Assembly (NCBI GenBank): GCA_038897215.1
Contig: JAWAWX010000001.1
Span: 704,001-768,000 of the forward strand
Reading direction: 5' to 3'
DNA from: Acidilobaceae archaeon
GTDB lineage: Archaea > Thermoproteota > Thermoprotei_A > Sulfolobales > Acidilobaceae
DNA: 64,000 bases
The notes under the pieces are model-generated. The model saw only the letters and a list, made by a program, of their open reading frames with translations. It did no database searches and was not told where the DNA came from. Both the position numbers and the translations under genes were made by a program. Positions 1 through 9,504 of the stretch are shown piece after piece (position 1 is the stretch's first letter; each line of letters opens with the position of its first letter).

Positions 1-2
1 AG

Positions 3-338
3 GAGAGCGGAAAGACTCTGAGTCTCCGAGAGCTAGAGAGCCTAGCTGCTCTAGTGAAGAAGCTCGTACTCTGTCTCTCTCGGAGAGGAGTCACTATAGC
101 TACTAGGAGGAGGAGGCTGGCGGCGTCTCTCCTGACTACTCTAAGAGAGAAGCTGGGGGCCAGAGACCAGCCGCGTCTAGTACCGCTCTCGAGGCTCTAC
201 AAGATATCGCGAGAGACTGTAAGATTATCGAGCCACGGATACTTGGTAGTTCTCGTAGACAGCGAGAGAGACTTAGAGAAAGCGGTTAGAGCTCTTGAAC
301 GCTACCCCTTCAAGACTCTCGCCTATCTTCAGCACTAA
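3..338 (+). CDS. Hypothetical protein, 5' partial (frame is open from the window edge)
   Basis: The frame of ORF 54..338 stays open upstream to position 3 (ESGKTLSLRELESLAALVKKL...). No family recognised. Confidence 0.6.
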   Translation, partial: ESGKTLSLRELESLAALVKKLVLCLSRRGVTIATRRRRLAASLLTTLREKLGARDQPRLVPLSRLYKISRETVRLSSHGYLVVLVDSERDLEKAVRALERYPFKTLAYLQH

Positions 339-1200
339 CCACTAAAGCGGCTCCACAGACAGCCATGGCTACAGCTAGAGCTCTAAAAGCAGGCAAGCTC
401 TCCCCTAGAAGCATCCACGCTAGTAGCGATGCTCCAGCAGGCTCTAAGAGGGGAGGAATCGAGGCCACGGTCAGACTCGTTATCCTGGCTAGAGCGTTTA
501 TCAAAGTGTGCCCGAGCAGAGTAGGCAGGATGGCTAGCAGTATAGCTAGAGGGATGGCTTCTAGAGGTAGAAGAGAGCCATAGCCAGCTACTAGAGAGTA
601 GGTTAGAGCTAGCACTCCTCCGAGCAAGTAGGCGTAGAAAGTGTACTCGAGAGCACTCATAGCGTCTCTTAGCAGCTTCCCCACAGTCAGGTAGCCGGCG
701 ACTCCAAGCATTGAAGCAAAGGCGGCAACAGCTCCCAGCACGTCACCACCATCTCTCTCCAAAGTGAGCGTTAGAGTAACAGCTGCACTCAAGGCTAGAG
801 CTAGCCCCAGGTACTGCTGGGTTCTCAGCTTAGTATTGAAGACCAGGTTGTCGACTAACACCATCACTAGAGGATAGAGGTTGACTATGGTGGCAGCTAC
901 AGCAACACTCGTCAAGCCGAGACTAACCTTCCACAACACCATGTGAATGCCTAGTAGCAATCCCCCTATTAGAGTAAGCGCTATCACAACCGGCTTAGAA
1001 GCTGTGCTTGGAGACCGGCCCCCTATCTTCAGCACCTTCAGCAATATCAGCGTTAGACTTGAGGCGATCAAAAGCCTCCAGGCAGCTAGAGTAGCGGGTT
1101 GAGCTCCCAGAGCTAGAGAGTACTTGATCAAAATCGATGCAAGCGAGAAGCTAACGGAAGCTACGAGAACCCCTCCTGCCACCATAGCGATACGCTTCAA
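310..1200 (-). CDS. DMT/EamA family transporter
   Basis: About 10 hydrophobic segments in two repeats; 'LAAWRLLIA', 'LLEPAGASLLAWMLLGE'. Confidence 0.9.
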   Translation of the reverse strand: MKRIAMVAGGVLVASVSFSLASILIKYSLALGAQPATLAAWRLLIASSLTLILLKVLKIGGRSPSTASKPVVIALTLIGGLLLGIHMVLWKVSLGLTSVAVAATIVNLYPLVMVLVDNLVFNTKLRTQQYLGLALALSAAVTLTLTLERDGGDVLGAVAAFASMLGVAGYLTVGKLLRDAMSALEYTFYAYLLGGVLALTYSLVAGYGSLLPLEAIPLAILLAILPTLLGHTLINALARITSLTVASIPPLLEPAGASLLAWMLLGESLPAFRALAVAMAVCGAALVVSAEDRRES

Positions 1201-1284
1201 GACTATGAGCCCTCCAGCGTTAGCTAGAGCTCTCGCCTAAAGCTTAAACTCTCGCAATACAAGATCGTATAGTGGGGCGCGCTC

Positions 1285-2088
1285 TTGGATTGCTCGAGGC
1301 TAACCCTGCTCGATCATGACGATGTCGTGGCAGCGGTCTTAGCAGGCGGCGAGGGGAGGAGGTTCAGACCGCTCACATACTACATCCCGAAACCGCTAGT
1401 TCCAGTAGGCTTCTCCGAGAAGCCAGTGATCGACGTTATACTACACTGGATAACTAGAAGCGGTATAAGAGACATAGTCTTACTCGTTGGGTACAAGTGG
1501 AGACAGCTCGTCAACTACATTGGAGACGGCTCGCGATACAAGGCTAGAGTCAAGTATGTTGTCGACAAGCCCCCCTACTCCAATACTGGGGGAGCTTTAA
1601 GAAGAGCCTTAGAGTTAGGGCTTTTCGAAAACTATAGCGATATACTGGTGTGGTACGGAGACATCATCGCACCCGTGAATATCCACGAGCTTCTAGAACA
1701 GCATAGAAATGCGGACGCGGACCTAACAGTAGTCGTGTCTAAGTCTTACAGAGTCCCTGTGGGAGTAGTCAGCTTAGGAGATGGAGGCCGCGTACTAGAC
1801 ATGAAGGAGAAGCCTCTCCTAGACCTAGGAGCTAACATAGGCGTTCTCGCTATGAAGCGTGAGAGCTTCGAAAGGACTCTAGCCACCGTTAACCTAGGCT
1901 GCTCCTTCGATATAGCTGGAGACCTGATACCGGCTATGATTAGAGCGGGGTTCAGCGTGAGAGCCTACATCTTCGACGGCGTCTGGTACGATGTAGGTAG
2001 CATAGAGCGCTACGAGAAACTAGACCACGAAGACATAGAGAGAATGATGTGCCTAGATAGAGAGCCTCCATCCTACGTTTACATCTAA
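1285..2088 (+). CDS. NDP-sugar pyrophosphorylase / nucleotidyltransferase family protein
   Basis: LAGGEGRRFRPLT...PKPL signature, GD motif, EKP, WYDVGS. Confidence 0.9.
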   Translation: MDCSRLTLLDHDDVVAAVLAGGEGRRFRPLTYYIPKPLVPVGFSEKPVIDVILHWITRSGIRDIVLLVGYKWRQLVNYIGDGSRYKARVKYVVDKPPYSNTGGALRRALELGLFENYSDILVWYGDIIAPVNIHELLEQHRNADADLTVVVSKSYRVPVGVVSLGDGGRVLDMKEKPLLDLGANIGVLAMKRESFERTLATVNLGCSFDIAGDLIPAMIRAGFSVRAYIFDGVWYDVGSIERYEKLDHEDIERMMCLDREPPSYVYI

Positions 2089-2159
2089 TCAGCGTCTCTT
2101 TAGGCTCTCGTCTAAAAGACTATTAAGCTTTAGACGAAGAGTGGAGGAAGGCGACGGGA

Positions 2160-3347
2160 TTGAGAGAAGTATACATAGTAGACGCGGTGAGAACTCCTAT
2201 AGGTAGATTTGGTAAAAGCTTGAAGAGCTATAGAGCAACAGACCTCGCCTCCTTCGCTATCAGCAAGCTAATATCCAGGACACGCCTAGACCCTTCTTTC
2301 GTCGACTTCGTGGTGATGGGTCACGCTATAAGAGCAGGCACGGGCATGAATACAGCTAAGCAGGCAGCACTCCGCGCTGGACTCCCTCCCTACATACCTG
2401 CTAGCAATGTCGACATGGTTTGCGCTAGCGGCATGAAGGCTATAATCACAGCCTATCTCCACATAGCTGTAGGCGACTACGAGATCGCGATAGCTGGAGG
2501 CATGGAGTCCATGAGTCAAACCCCGCTACTCCTCCCCGCATCTCACAGATGGGGCATCAGGCATCTCGTCTTAGATAGAGGCTCGGGAGTAGTCATAGAC
2601 AGCATGGTTTACGATGGGCTAACAGATGTCGTGAACTCCGCTCTCATGGGAGAAGAGGCTGATAGCGTTGCTCGAAGATACGGAGCGTCGAAGGAGGAGT
2701 TGGATTGGATAGGCTACGAGAGTCACAGAAGAGCCTTCCAGGCGTGGAGTCAGGGGCTTCTCGGGAAGCGCGTCGAGCCATTCGTAGACAATGGGAGCAT
2801 GGTTTTGGATAGAGACGAAGGTGTGAGAGGAGACTTGAAGCTAGAGGAAGCCTATGCTGCTAAGCCTGTATTCAGCTCAGACGGGCTCCACACCGTCATA
2901 TCTTCGAGCCAGCTTAGCGATGGAGCTGCGGCACTACTCCTAGCCTCAGGAGATGCTGTGAGAAAGCTAGAGCTAGAGCCTGTAGCTAAGATAGTCGGCT
3001 ACACCTACGTGGGGGTAGAGCCTAGAGAATTCCCGGTAGCGCCTGTGTACGCGATAAAGAATCTACTAGCCAAGATAGGCTGGAGCATAGACAAGGTCGA
3101 CTTCTGGGAGAATAACGAGGCTTTTGCTGTAAACAGCTTTTTAGTAAACAAACTGCTAGGCATCCCCTACGATATACTCAACGTCTACGGTGGAGCCATA
3201 GCCATAGGGCACCCTCTGGGAGCTAGCGGGGCCAGAATAGTCGTCGACCTACTGACTGTACTAGAGACCAAGAGTGGAGTCCGGGGAGTTGCATCGATAT
3301 GCCACGGGCTTGGCGGAGCGGCAGCTCTAGCTATAGAGCTAGTCTAG
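2160..3347 (+). CDS. Acetyl-CoA C-acetyltransferase (thiolase)
   Basis: VCASGM, NEAFA, GHPLGASG and CHGLGG thiolase motifs. Confidence 0.95.
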   Translation: MREVYIVDAVRTPIGRFGKSLKSYRATDLASFAISKLISRTRLDPSFVDFVVMGHAIRAGTGMNTAKQAALRAGLPPYIPASNVDMVCASGMKAIITAYLHIAVGDYEIAIAGGMESMSQTPLLLPASHRWGIRHLVLDRGSGVVIDSMVYDGLTDVVNSALMGEEADSVARRYGASKEELDWIGYESHRRAFQAWSQGLLGKRVEPFVDNGSMVLDRDEGVRGDLKLEEAYAAKPVFSSDGLHTVISSSQLSDGAAALLLASGDAVRKLELEPVAKIVGYTYVGVEPREFPVAPVYAIKNLLAKIGWSIDKVDFWENNEAFAVNSFLVNKLLGIPYDILNVYGGAIAIGHPLGASGARIVVDLLTVLETKSGVRGVASICHGLGGAAALAIELV

Positions 3348-3971
3348 TCGCGTTCCGCGAGCACGAGAGGTCTCTCTCAGCCACTCGATAAACGCTATCA
3401 CGTGCTCTGTATGCAAGCTCACTGGCCCCACAGAGACTACGCTCGCTCCGAGAGATATAGCGTAGGACTCTATATGCTCGGGTATGTCTACCTGAGACCC
3501 TAGGAGGAAGAGCCTGCGCCCCTCGATTAGAGAGAGGTTTTCCAAGACGCTTACTCCATCTTCTCTCAGCAAGGTTAGCGCAAAGCCTAGCCTCTTAGCC
3601 TCTAGCAAGACCTTCTCGATGCTCTCTTCGAGAACGAGGATAGACCCAGAGCCCCCTCTCTTCAGAGCTCTCGACAACTCCACGGCTGCCTCTCTCTCAC
3701 TAGAGTATCTCGGCTTAGTGTCTAGGACTAGCTTGGGGGGACTAGGGGGCCCTAAGAGCGCTCCCATAAAGCACACTCTACCAGAGAAAGCTGAGAGCAC
3801 ATACATGCATCTAGCCACGATATCTATCCTGCCCGCTGAGCTAGCATAGCCTCTAGGCTTGAAGGGCGACGTAGTGGCTGTCGGGCTAACTACGCAGTAT
3901 ATAGAGTTGCACTCATCTAGACGTTTTAGCGAGCTATCTCTTGAGAGAGGGCTCTCCACAATCTCCCCCAT
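3339..3971 (-). CDS. SPOUT methyltransferase, TrmY-like (tRNA pseudouridine-54 N1-methyltransferase)
   Basis: 'AGRIDIVARC', 'LLGPPSPP', 'VSVGPVSLHTEHVI'. Confidence 0.7.
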   Translation of the reverse strand: MGEIVESPLSRDSSLKRLDECNSIYCVVSPTATTSPFKPRGYASSAGRIDIVARCMYVLSAFSGRVCFMGALLGPPSPPKLVLDTKPRYSSEREAAVELSRALKRGGSGSILVLEESIEKVLLEAKRLGFALTLLREDGVSVLENLSLIEGRRLFLLGSQVDIPEHIESYAISLGASVVSVGPVSLHTEHVIAFIEWLRETSRARGTRLD

Positions 3972-4078
3972 CTACCAGCTTGCTCGACGTTTCTCTCGAG
4001 AGAGCAAACGAGCCTCGAGAGGAAAAGTCTTCGGAGAAGACTCTCCTGCATTCGATGAATTCAGAGCGAGCTACAAGG

Positions 4079-4450
4079 CTACCTTAAACTATAGTAGCTC
4101 TCGCTCTCCTCTCTTTTCTTCTCGTACTCGCTCTCGATCTCCACTATGACTCTAGCTCGTACTCGCTCTTTCAGAGACTCGGGAATCCTCTCTCCTAGCT
4201 CGATCCCTATCACTACAGGATTGCCTAGGTCGTCGGTGAATCTGACTTCAGCCACGTAGGTACTCGTGGGGCCTCCTCCCTCCATCATCTTGAGTAGAGC
4301 ATCGTAGATTCTCGACATAGCCATCTGGAAAGACACGGGGCTCGAGAAATCTTCAGGCTTGAGCGTAATGGAGGCAAACCCTTTGATTACCCTCCCTACT
4401 TTACCTGTAGCTTCGAAGACTCTGACAATGCTTTCCCTCTCTTCACTCAA
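4079..4450 (-). CDS. Hypothetical protein
   Basis: 123-aa ORF with host-like codon usage, divergent from tRNA-Gly. Confidence 0.75.
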   Translation of the reverse strand: MSEERESIVRVFEATGKVGRVIKGFASITLKPEDFSSPVSFQMAMSRIYDALLKMMEGGGPTSTYVAEVRFTDDLGNPVVIGIELGERIPESLKERVRARVIVEIESEYEKKREESESYYSLR

Positions 4451-4561
4451 AACTCAGCCCCGTGTTCTCCCAGAGCTCCAGCCCTAATTTAAGCCGACTC
4501 TTGGCTTAACCGTGAAGACAGAAAGAGCTTTAGGCTACTCTCGAGAAGCTCTAAGTCTCGG

Positions 4562-4640
<79 letters not shown>

Positions 4641-4849
4641 CTCTCCGTATTACTACTCTACACACTCCTCAGGTCTAAGCGACGCTGGGAGAAGAGGTTC
4701 TCGAAGCGGGGCGGCGATGCGCTCGAGCCAGCACGCTATCCTCGACTCTCGCGGAGCCTTGTTGTTTATAGCGAGAGCCTGCTAGTCGGCGACTACATAA
4801 GGCCTGGGAGTCTATCGGGGGAGATGGTTGCCGTTTAGAGGTTTTCTTC

Positions 4850-6118
4850 ATGACTGTGATAATGTGGTTTAAGAGAGACCTTAGAGTCTACGATAACAGA
4901 GCTCTAGAGAGAGCTGTGAAGCTAGGAGAGGTGCTACCTGTTTTCGTCATAGACCCCGATATCCTCGATAGCCTGGAGGCTTACGATTCGAGGCTAGGGT
5001 TCGTGATCACAGCTTTAGAGAAGCTATCAGAGGAGCTACCTCTCAGAGTATACGTTGGGAAGACGGAAGAGGTGTTCAGAAATCTACTCGAGAAGTATCG
5101 CCCAAAGGCGGTGGTTACGGCCGAGGCTGGTAGCTGGAGTGGTGAGTTGAGAGTAGCAAAGATAGAGAGGCTCTGCGCTGAGAAAAAGGTTAGATTCGTA
5201 AAAGTCTTCGACAACTACCTGGCGGATTACCACAGAATAAGCGGCTTTTGGAGCTTTTCCAGCTTCTACAGGAAGTGGAGAAACCTACTGGACCTAGAGA
5301 CCTCCGGGAAGCCGAGCGGTCGTTTCGTCAAAGCGGAGGACGAGCCCACGTGGCTGGATGCAGCTCGTGTTCTGAAGTACCAGATAGGCAGGTTTACTGC
5401 GCGTGACGCAGAGAAGCACCTCGAATACGATTTCAGAAACTACAAGTGGCTAAGGAGAAAGCTAGACGGGTCGAGCCAGCTATCCCCCTATATCAGGTTC
5501 GGGGTGCTATCCATAAGGCATGTGTACGCTGAGGGGAGGCATAGCGAGGATTTCGTGAGAGAGCTAGCTTGGAGAGAGTACTGGTACGCTTTGAAGGCAC
5601 AGCACCCCTACATGAATACTCTAGAGCTGAGAGCAAAGAGGCGCGGGATAAGCTGGAGGAATCTGTACATCGAGGCCTTCTACAATGGCGAGACAGGATA
5701 CCCCATAATAGATGCCGCTATACGCCAGCTGAAAGAAGAGAAGTGGATACACAATAGGCTGAGAATGCTGCTAGCTAGCTTCTTCACGAAAGACCTGCTC
5801 GGAGACTGGCGTCTAGGAGAAGCGTTTTTCCGAAAGCACTTAATAGACTACGACGAGGTCGTCAACGTGGGCAACTGGCAGTGGGTAGCCTCAGTGGGTA
5901 CGGACTACACTGTGAGGATATTCAATCCAGTGAAGCAAGCAAGAGAGCTAGACCCGCACTGTGTGTACATAAAGAGATACCTTCCAGAGCTAGAAGACGT
6001 TAGCTGTGACTGTCTCCACGACCCTGTGAGATGCAGGGTTCCAAACTATCTCCCGCCCATCGTAGATTACAGAGAGACGAGGAGGAAGGTAGCTGAGCTA
6101 TTCAAACGAATGGTCTAG
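4850..6118 (+). CDS. phrB: Deoxyribodipyrimidine photolyase (photolyase/cryptochrome family)
   Basis: WFKRDLRVYDNRAL, SQLSPYIRFG, ELAWREY, GETGYPIIDA, HNRLRM, GNWQW, RIFNP. Confidence 0.93.
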   Translation: MTVIMWFKRDLRVYDNRALERAVKLGEVLPVFVIDPDILDSLEAYDSRLGFVITALEKLSEELPLRVYVGKTEEVFRNLLEKYRPKAVVTAEAGSWSGELRVAKIERLCAEKKVRFVKVFDNYLADYHRISGFWSFSSFYRKWRNLLDLETSGKPSGRFVKAEDEPTWLDAARVLKYQIGRFTARDAEKHLEYDFRNYKWLRRKLDGSSQLSPYIRFGVLSIRHVYAEGRHSEDFVRELAWREYWYALKAQHPYMNTLELRAKRRGISWRNLYIEAFYNGETGYPIIDAAIRQLKEEKWIHNRLRMLLASFFTKDLLGDWRLGEAFFRKHLIDYDEVVNVGNWQWVASVGTDYTVRIFNPVKQARELDPHCVYIKRYLPELEDVSCDCLHDPVRCRVPNYLPPIVDYRETRRKVAELFKRMV

Positions 6119-6275
6119 AATCGGGAGACCGTAGACTGCAGACTTGACTGCTTGGTGGCTAGACAGAGTCAGCTTCATCTCCACTCTGTGCGAGCTTAGA
6201 GGCTCGCGCGAGTCTTAGCAGAACTCTCAAGCTGCTTTAACGAGGAGGAATGCCTTTCGACTTATGGCTTCACGG

Positions 6276-7016
6276 TTATTGGGTTTGTTGTGCTTTAGCT
6301 CCCCTCTTCCTCCCCGTTCTCCTGGCAGCTATGTGTCCCACCTTTCTGCCTGGTGGCGCATTCCTGCTTACAGTGGAGGGTTTGCTCTTCCTCTGGTGTC
6401 TACCTCCACCGAATGGGTGGCAGGCTGCTATCATGGCTACTCCTCTCACTCTAGGCCACTTTCTCGCCTTCCTCTTCCACTTATGGTAAGCGTTCCCCGC
6501 TTTCATTAACGGCTTCTCTATCCTCCCAGCTCCAGCAGGGATCCCTATTGTGGCTCTGCAATCCCCGCTTAGGGTCTTCTGCTTACCGCTTGGTAGGAGT
6601 AGCACCACATCGTTACCACTCTTGCCTAAGACTACGCAATAGCTTCCAGCTTGTCTCGCTATCCTGCCGCCATCTCCCGGTCTTAGCTCCACGTTACAGA
6701 CTAGAGTGCCTTCAGGGATATTCTTGAGCATTGTGACATTACCTGGAGATATGCTAGCCCCCGGTCCGACTTCTATCACCTGCCCTTCGTACATCCCCTC
6801 AACAGCAGGCATCAAGAACTCTTCCCCCGTATCCATGACTACTCTAGCTAGAGGCACATACCTCCCCGGGTCGTGCACGAGCTCCACCACTCTAGCCTTA
6901 CGGGTAGCTGATCCATCGAGAGGCGGGTACTTAGCAGAGCCTACTCTCAGATGCGAGGGGCTTCTGAAAGTCGGCGACCCCTTCCCTGCTCTCTGCTGAA
7001 TTAAGCTCCTACCCAT
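6276..7016 (-). CDS. rpl2: 50S ribosomal protein uL2
   Basis: HDPGR, WPRVRGVAM, HPFGGG, PPGRKVGHIAARRTG. Confidence 0.98.
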   Translation of the reverse strand: MGRSLIQQRAGKGSPTFRSPSHLRVGSAKYPPLDGSATRKARVVELVHDPGRYVPLARVVMDTGEEFLMPAVEGMYEGQVIEVGPGASISPGNVTMLKNIPEGTLVCNVELRPGDGGRIARQAGSYCVVLGKSGNDVVLLLPSGKQKTLSGDCRATIGIPAGAGRIEKPLMKAGNAYHKWKRKARKWPRVRGVAMIAACHPFGGGRHQRKSKPSTVSRNAPPGRKVGHIAARRTGRKRGAKAQQTQ

Positions 7017-7114
7017 AGACTAGGCCCTAACAAAGCACTCGCCGAGCAGACCCTAAAATAGGTTACTTGAAGACACCACCAGCCACTCCATGATTTAAAC
7101 TAGCTCACACAACC

Positions 7115-7180
7115 AGACTCAGCTAGGCGAGCATATCGCTACCACTACTAGGTATCAGCAATCCTGGGCTTCGTCTACGC
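7115..7180 (-). ncRNA. Candidate box C/D guide sRNA
   Basis: Minus strand: degenerate C (TAGACGA), 12 nt, CTGA, TACC/GGTA stem, degenerate C' (..GCGA), 13 nt, CTGA. TATA-like run at about 7209-7216. Confidence 0.35.
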
Positions 7181-7254
7181 TCTGGAGGAAGACTTCTCGT
7201 CGTAGAGCTATATATCCTCTGAGGTTTACGAGAGAATAGCGGAGGCAGTATCTA

Positions 7255-8145
7255 TTGAGTGAGGTCGTGGTCGCTGAAGAGCTAACAAAGTATTATGATG
7301 GGAAGCTAGGTATTGAGGATGTCAGCTTTACCGTTAGAAGAGGAGAAGTCTTCTGCTACCTAGGCCCCAATGGCTCGGGGAAGACTACGACAATTAGGCT
7401 AATGCTGGGGCTCATTAAGCCTTCGAGAGGGAGAGTCTTGGTGATGGGGGTTGATTCGAGGGACGAAATTAGGATGGCTCACGTCAAGAAGAGTGTAGGC
7501 TACCTGCCTGAAGAGCTAGGATTTCCGCGCGGCTTGCGCAGCGGCGAGATCCTACGATACTTTAAGTCTATGAGAGGAGATGCTCCTAGGCTAGACGAGG
7601 TTCTCGAGCTGTTCCCTCTAGACCTCGAGAAGAGAGTCGAGGAATACTCTAGAGGCATGAAGCAGGCTTTAGCAATAGCTCTTGCTTTCATGCACGACCC
7701 AGACCTCGTTATCCTAGATGAGCCCACGACGGGTCTCGACCCTCTTCTAAGAGAGAGGTTTCTCGCCTTCGTCAAGAGGGAGGCTGAGAGAGGGAAGACT
7801 GTCTTTCTCTCGTCCCACGTGCTCAGCGAGGTTCAGAAAGTCGCTAGTAGAGTCTGTCTGATCAAAGGTGGTAGAATAGTCGCTATTGAGGACTTAAACT
7901 CTCTCCTCTCCAAGCACGGTAAGATACTGAGAGCTAGGCTGAAAGAGCCTCTACGCTTAAGCGAGCTAGAGAGCTGGGATGGAGTAGTTAAAGCCCGTGT
8001 GTCCAATGATGGGAGAGAGATAGAGGCAGTAGTGAAGAGCGGCTACTCCAGAGTACTAGAGATGCTAGCTCGCTATCACGTAGAAGACATCGAGATCAGA
8101 AGCATGACTCTCGAAGAGTTCTTCCTCCACTTCTACGAGAGGTGA
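7255..8145 (+). CDS. ABC-2 type transporter ATP-binding subunit
   Basis: GPNGSGKTT Walker A, YSRGMKQ signature, ILDEPT, SSH. Confidence 0.95.
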   Translation: MSEVVVAEELTKYYDGKLGIEDVSFTVRRGEVFCYLGPNGSGKTTTIRLMLGLIKPSRGRVLVMGVDSRDEIRMAHVKKSVGYLPEELGFPRGLRSGEILRYFKSMRGDAPRLDEVLELFPLDLEKRVEEYSRGMKQALAIALAFMHDPDLVILDEPTTGLDPLLRERFLAFVKREAERGKTVFLSSHVLSEVQKVASRVCLIKGGRIVAIEDLNSLLSKHGKILRARLKEPLRLSELESWDGVVKARVSNDGREIEAVVKSGYSRVLEMLARYHVEDIEIRSMTLEEFFLHFYER

Positions 8146-8957
8146 TGGTTGTGCTAGCACTCGTAGCGTACGAGTTTAGGCTGAGGAGAAGGTCTCTCCT
8201 CGGCTGGTCGATCCTAATCATTCTCTACCTAGGGCTCCTCACGTGGGCCTGGAGAGCTGGAGCTAGAGAGCTAGGAGAGGTCTACGAGCAGATAATCTCC
8301 CAATACCCAGAGGAGTTCATAAAGCTCTTCGCTAAAGAAGTCCCGCGAGCATTCAGAGCGGAGGCCTTCTACGTGATCGAGTACTTCGTATTCGCTTACG
8401 TCATGGCTCTAGGAGCCTACGTCTCCTACCTTGGAGCAGGCTTGATCGTAGACGATGTTCTCGAGAGGACTGGCTCTCTCGTTCTATCTATGCCTATCTC
8501 TAGGAGGGGACTGCTAGCTTCGAGATTCCTATCTCTGCTACTCCTCTCTACCTCAATCTCTCTAGCCTCGCTTGCTACCACGGTTGCTATATACGGAGCT
8601 CTAGGAGCTCACGAAGACTTCAGATACTCCAATATAGCTCTCCTACACCTCAATGGAGTATTCTATCTAGCTACCTGCGCAGCCTTGGGTGTTCTCGTGG
8701 GAGCGATTCTACCATTCCATCTAGCTAAGCCTGCTGTTGCCGGGCTAGCTCTACTGTGCTATGTGGTTGACGTTATGACTGCTGAGACAAGCCTGGAGGT
8801 GATAGGCTATCTGGCTCCTTCGCGCTACATCGATGTGATGAGCATAGCTGTAGAGGGTTCTCTTAGCTCAACCAATCTAGCGGTCTTAGCGGTGCTCACA
8901 GCACTCCTTCTACTTGCTTCAATTCCACTCTACGAGAGGAAAGACCTGCCAGTGTGA
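8142..8957 (+). CDS. ABC-2 type transporter permease
   Basis: About 6 TM segments, 'ERTGSLVLSMPISR', C-terminal 'YERKDL'; overlaps the ATPase stop. Confidence 0.88.
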   Translation: MMVVLALVAYEFRLRRRSLLGWSILIILYLGLLTWAWRAGARELGEVYEQIISQYPEEFIKLFAKEVPRAFRAEAFYVIEYFVFAYVMALGAYVSYLGAGLIVDDVLERTGSLVLSMPISRRGLLASRFLSLLLLSTSISLASLATTVAIYGALGAHEDFRYSNIALLHLNGVFYLATCAALGVLVGAILPFHLAKPAVAGLALLCYVVDVMTAETSLEVIGYLAPSRYIDVMSIAVEGSLSSTNLAVLAVLTALLLLASIPLYERKDLPV

Positions 8958-9066
8958 GGGTCTAGGAGAGCGTGAAGCGTGCTGGAGATCTCTACGATAC
9001 TGAGTCGCTTCACGCATAATACTTTATAAGAACTCGCTTGCTACTAAAAAGAGATGGGTTAATCCT

Positions 9067-9471
9067 GTGAGCGTTCGAGCTGAAGCATCTCCTATAGCAA
9101 TAACCTCGGAGATCTCGAGACTGCTCAAAAGACCTCCTGTCTACGTGCACCAGTCAGTTAGCGTTAGGGACGCTGTTTTAACAATGTATAGAGAGAACGT
9201 TGGGAGCATTCTCGTAGTCGATGAGAGAGGCATGCTTGTAGGAATATTTACTGAGAGAGACCTAGTGAGAATAGTAGCTCTAGGAGTGTCTCTCGAAACC
9301 CCCATATCCGAAGTTATGACTGTAAATCCGGTTTCTGTAAAGGCCAACGCTAGGATAGTAGATGTAGTCGAGATCATGGTAGAGAAGAGAATCAGACATG
9401 TTCCGGTAGTCGATGAAATGGGGAGACCCGTGGGAGTAGTCTCTGTAAGAGATATAGTTGACGTAATGTGA
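9067..9471 (+). CDS. CBS domain pair protein
   Basis: 'LVGIFTERDL', 'IRHVPVVDE..RPVGVVSVRDI'. Confidence 0.92.
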   Translation: MSVRAEASPIAITSEISRLLKRPPVYVHQSVSVRDAVLTMYRENVGSILVVDERGMLVGIFTERDLVRIVALGVSLETPISEVMTVNPVSVKANARIVDVVEIMVEKRIRHVPVVDEMGRPVGVVSVRDIVDVM

Positions 9472-9504
9472 TAATGTGAACTTATTAGGTTTAGTGATTT
9501 TACA

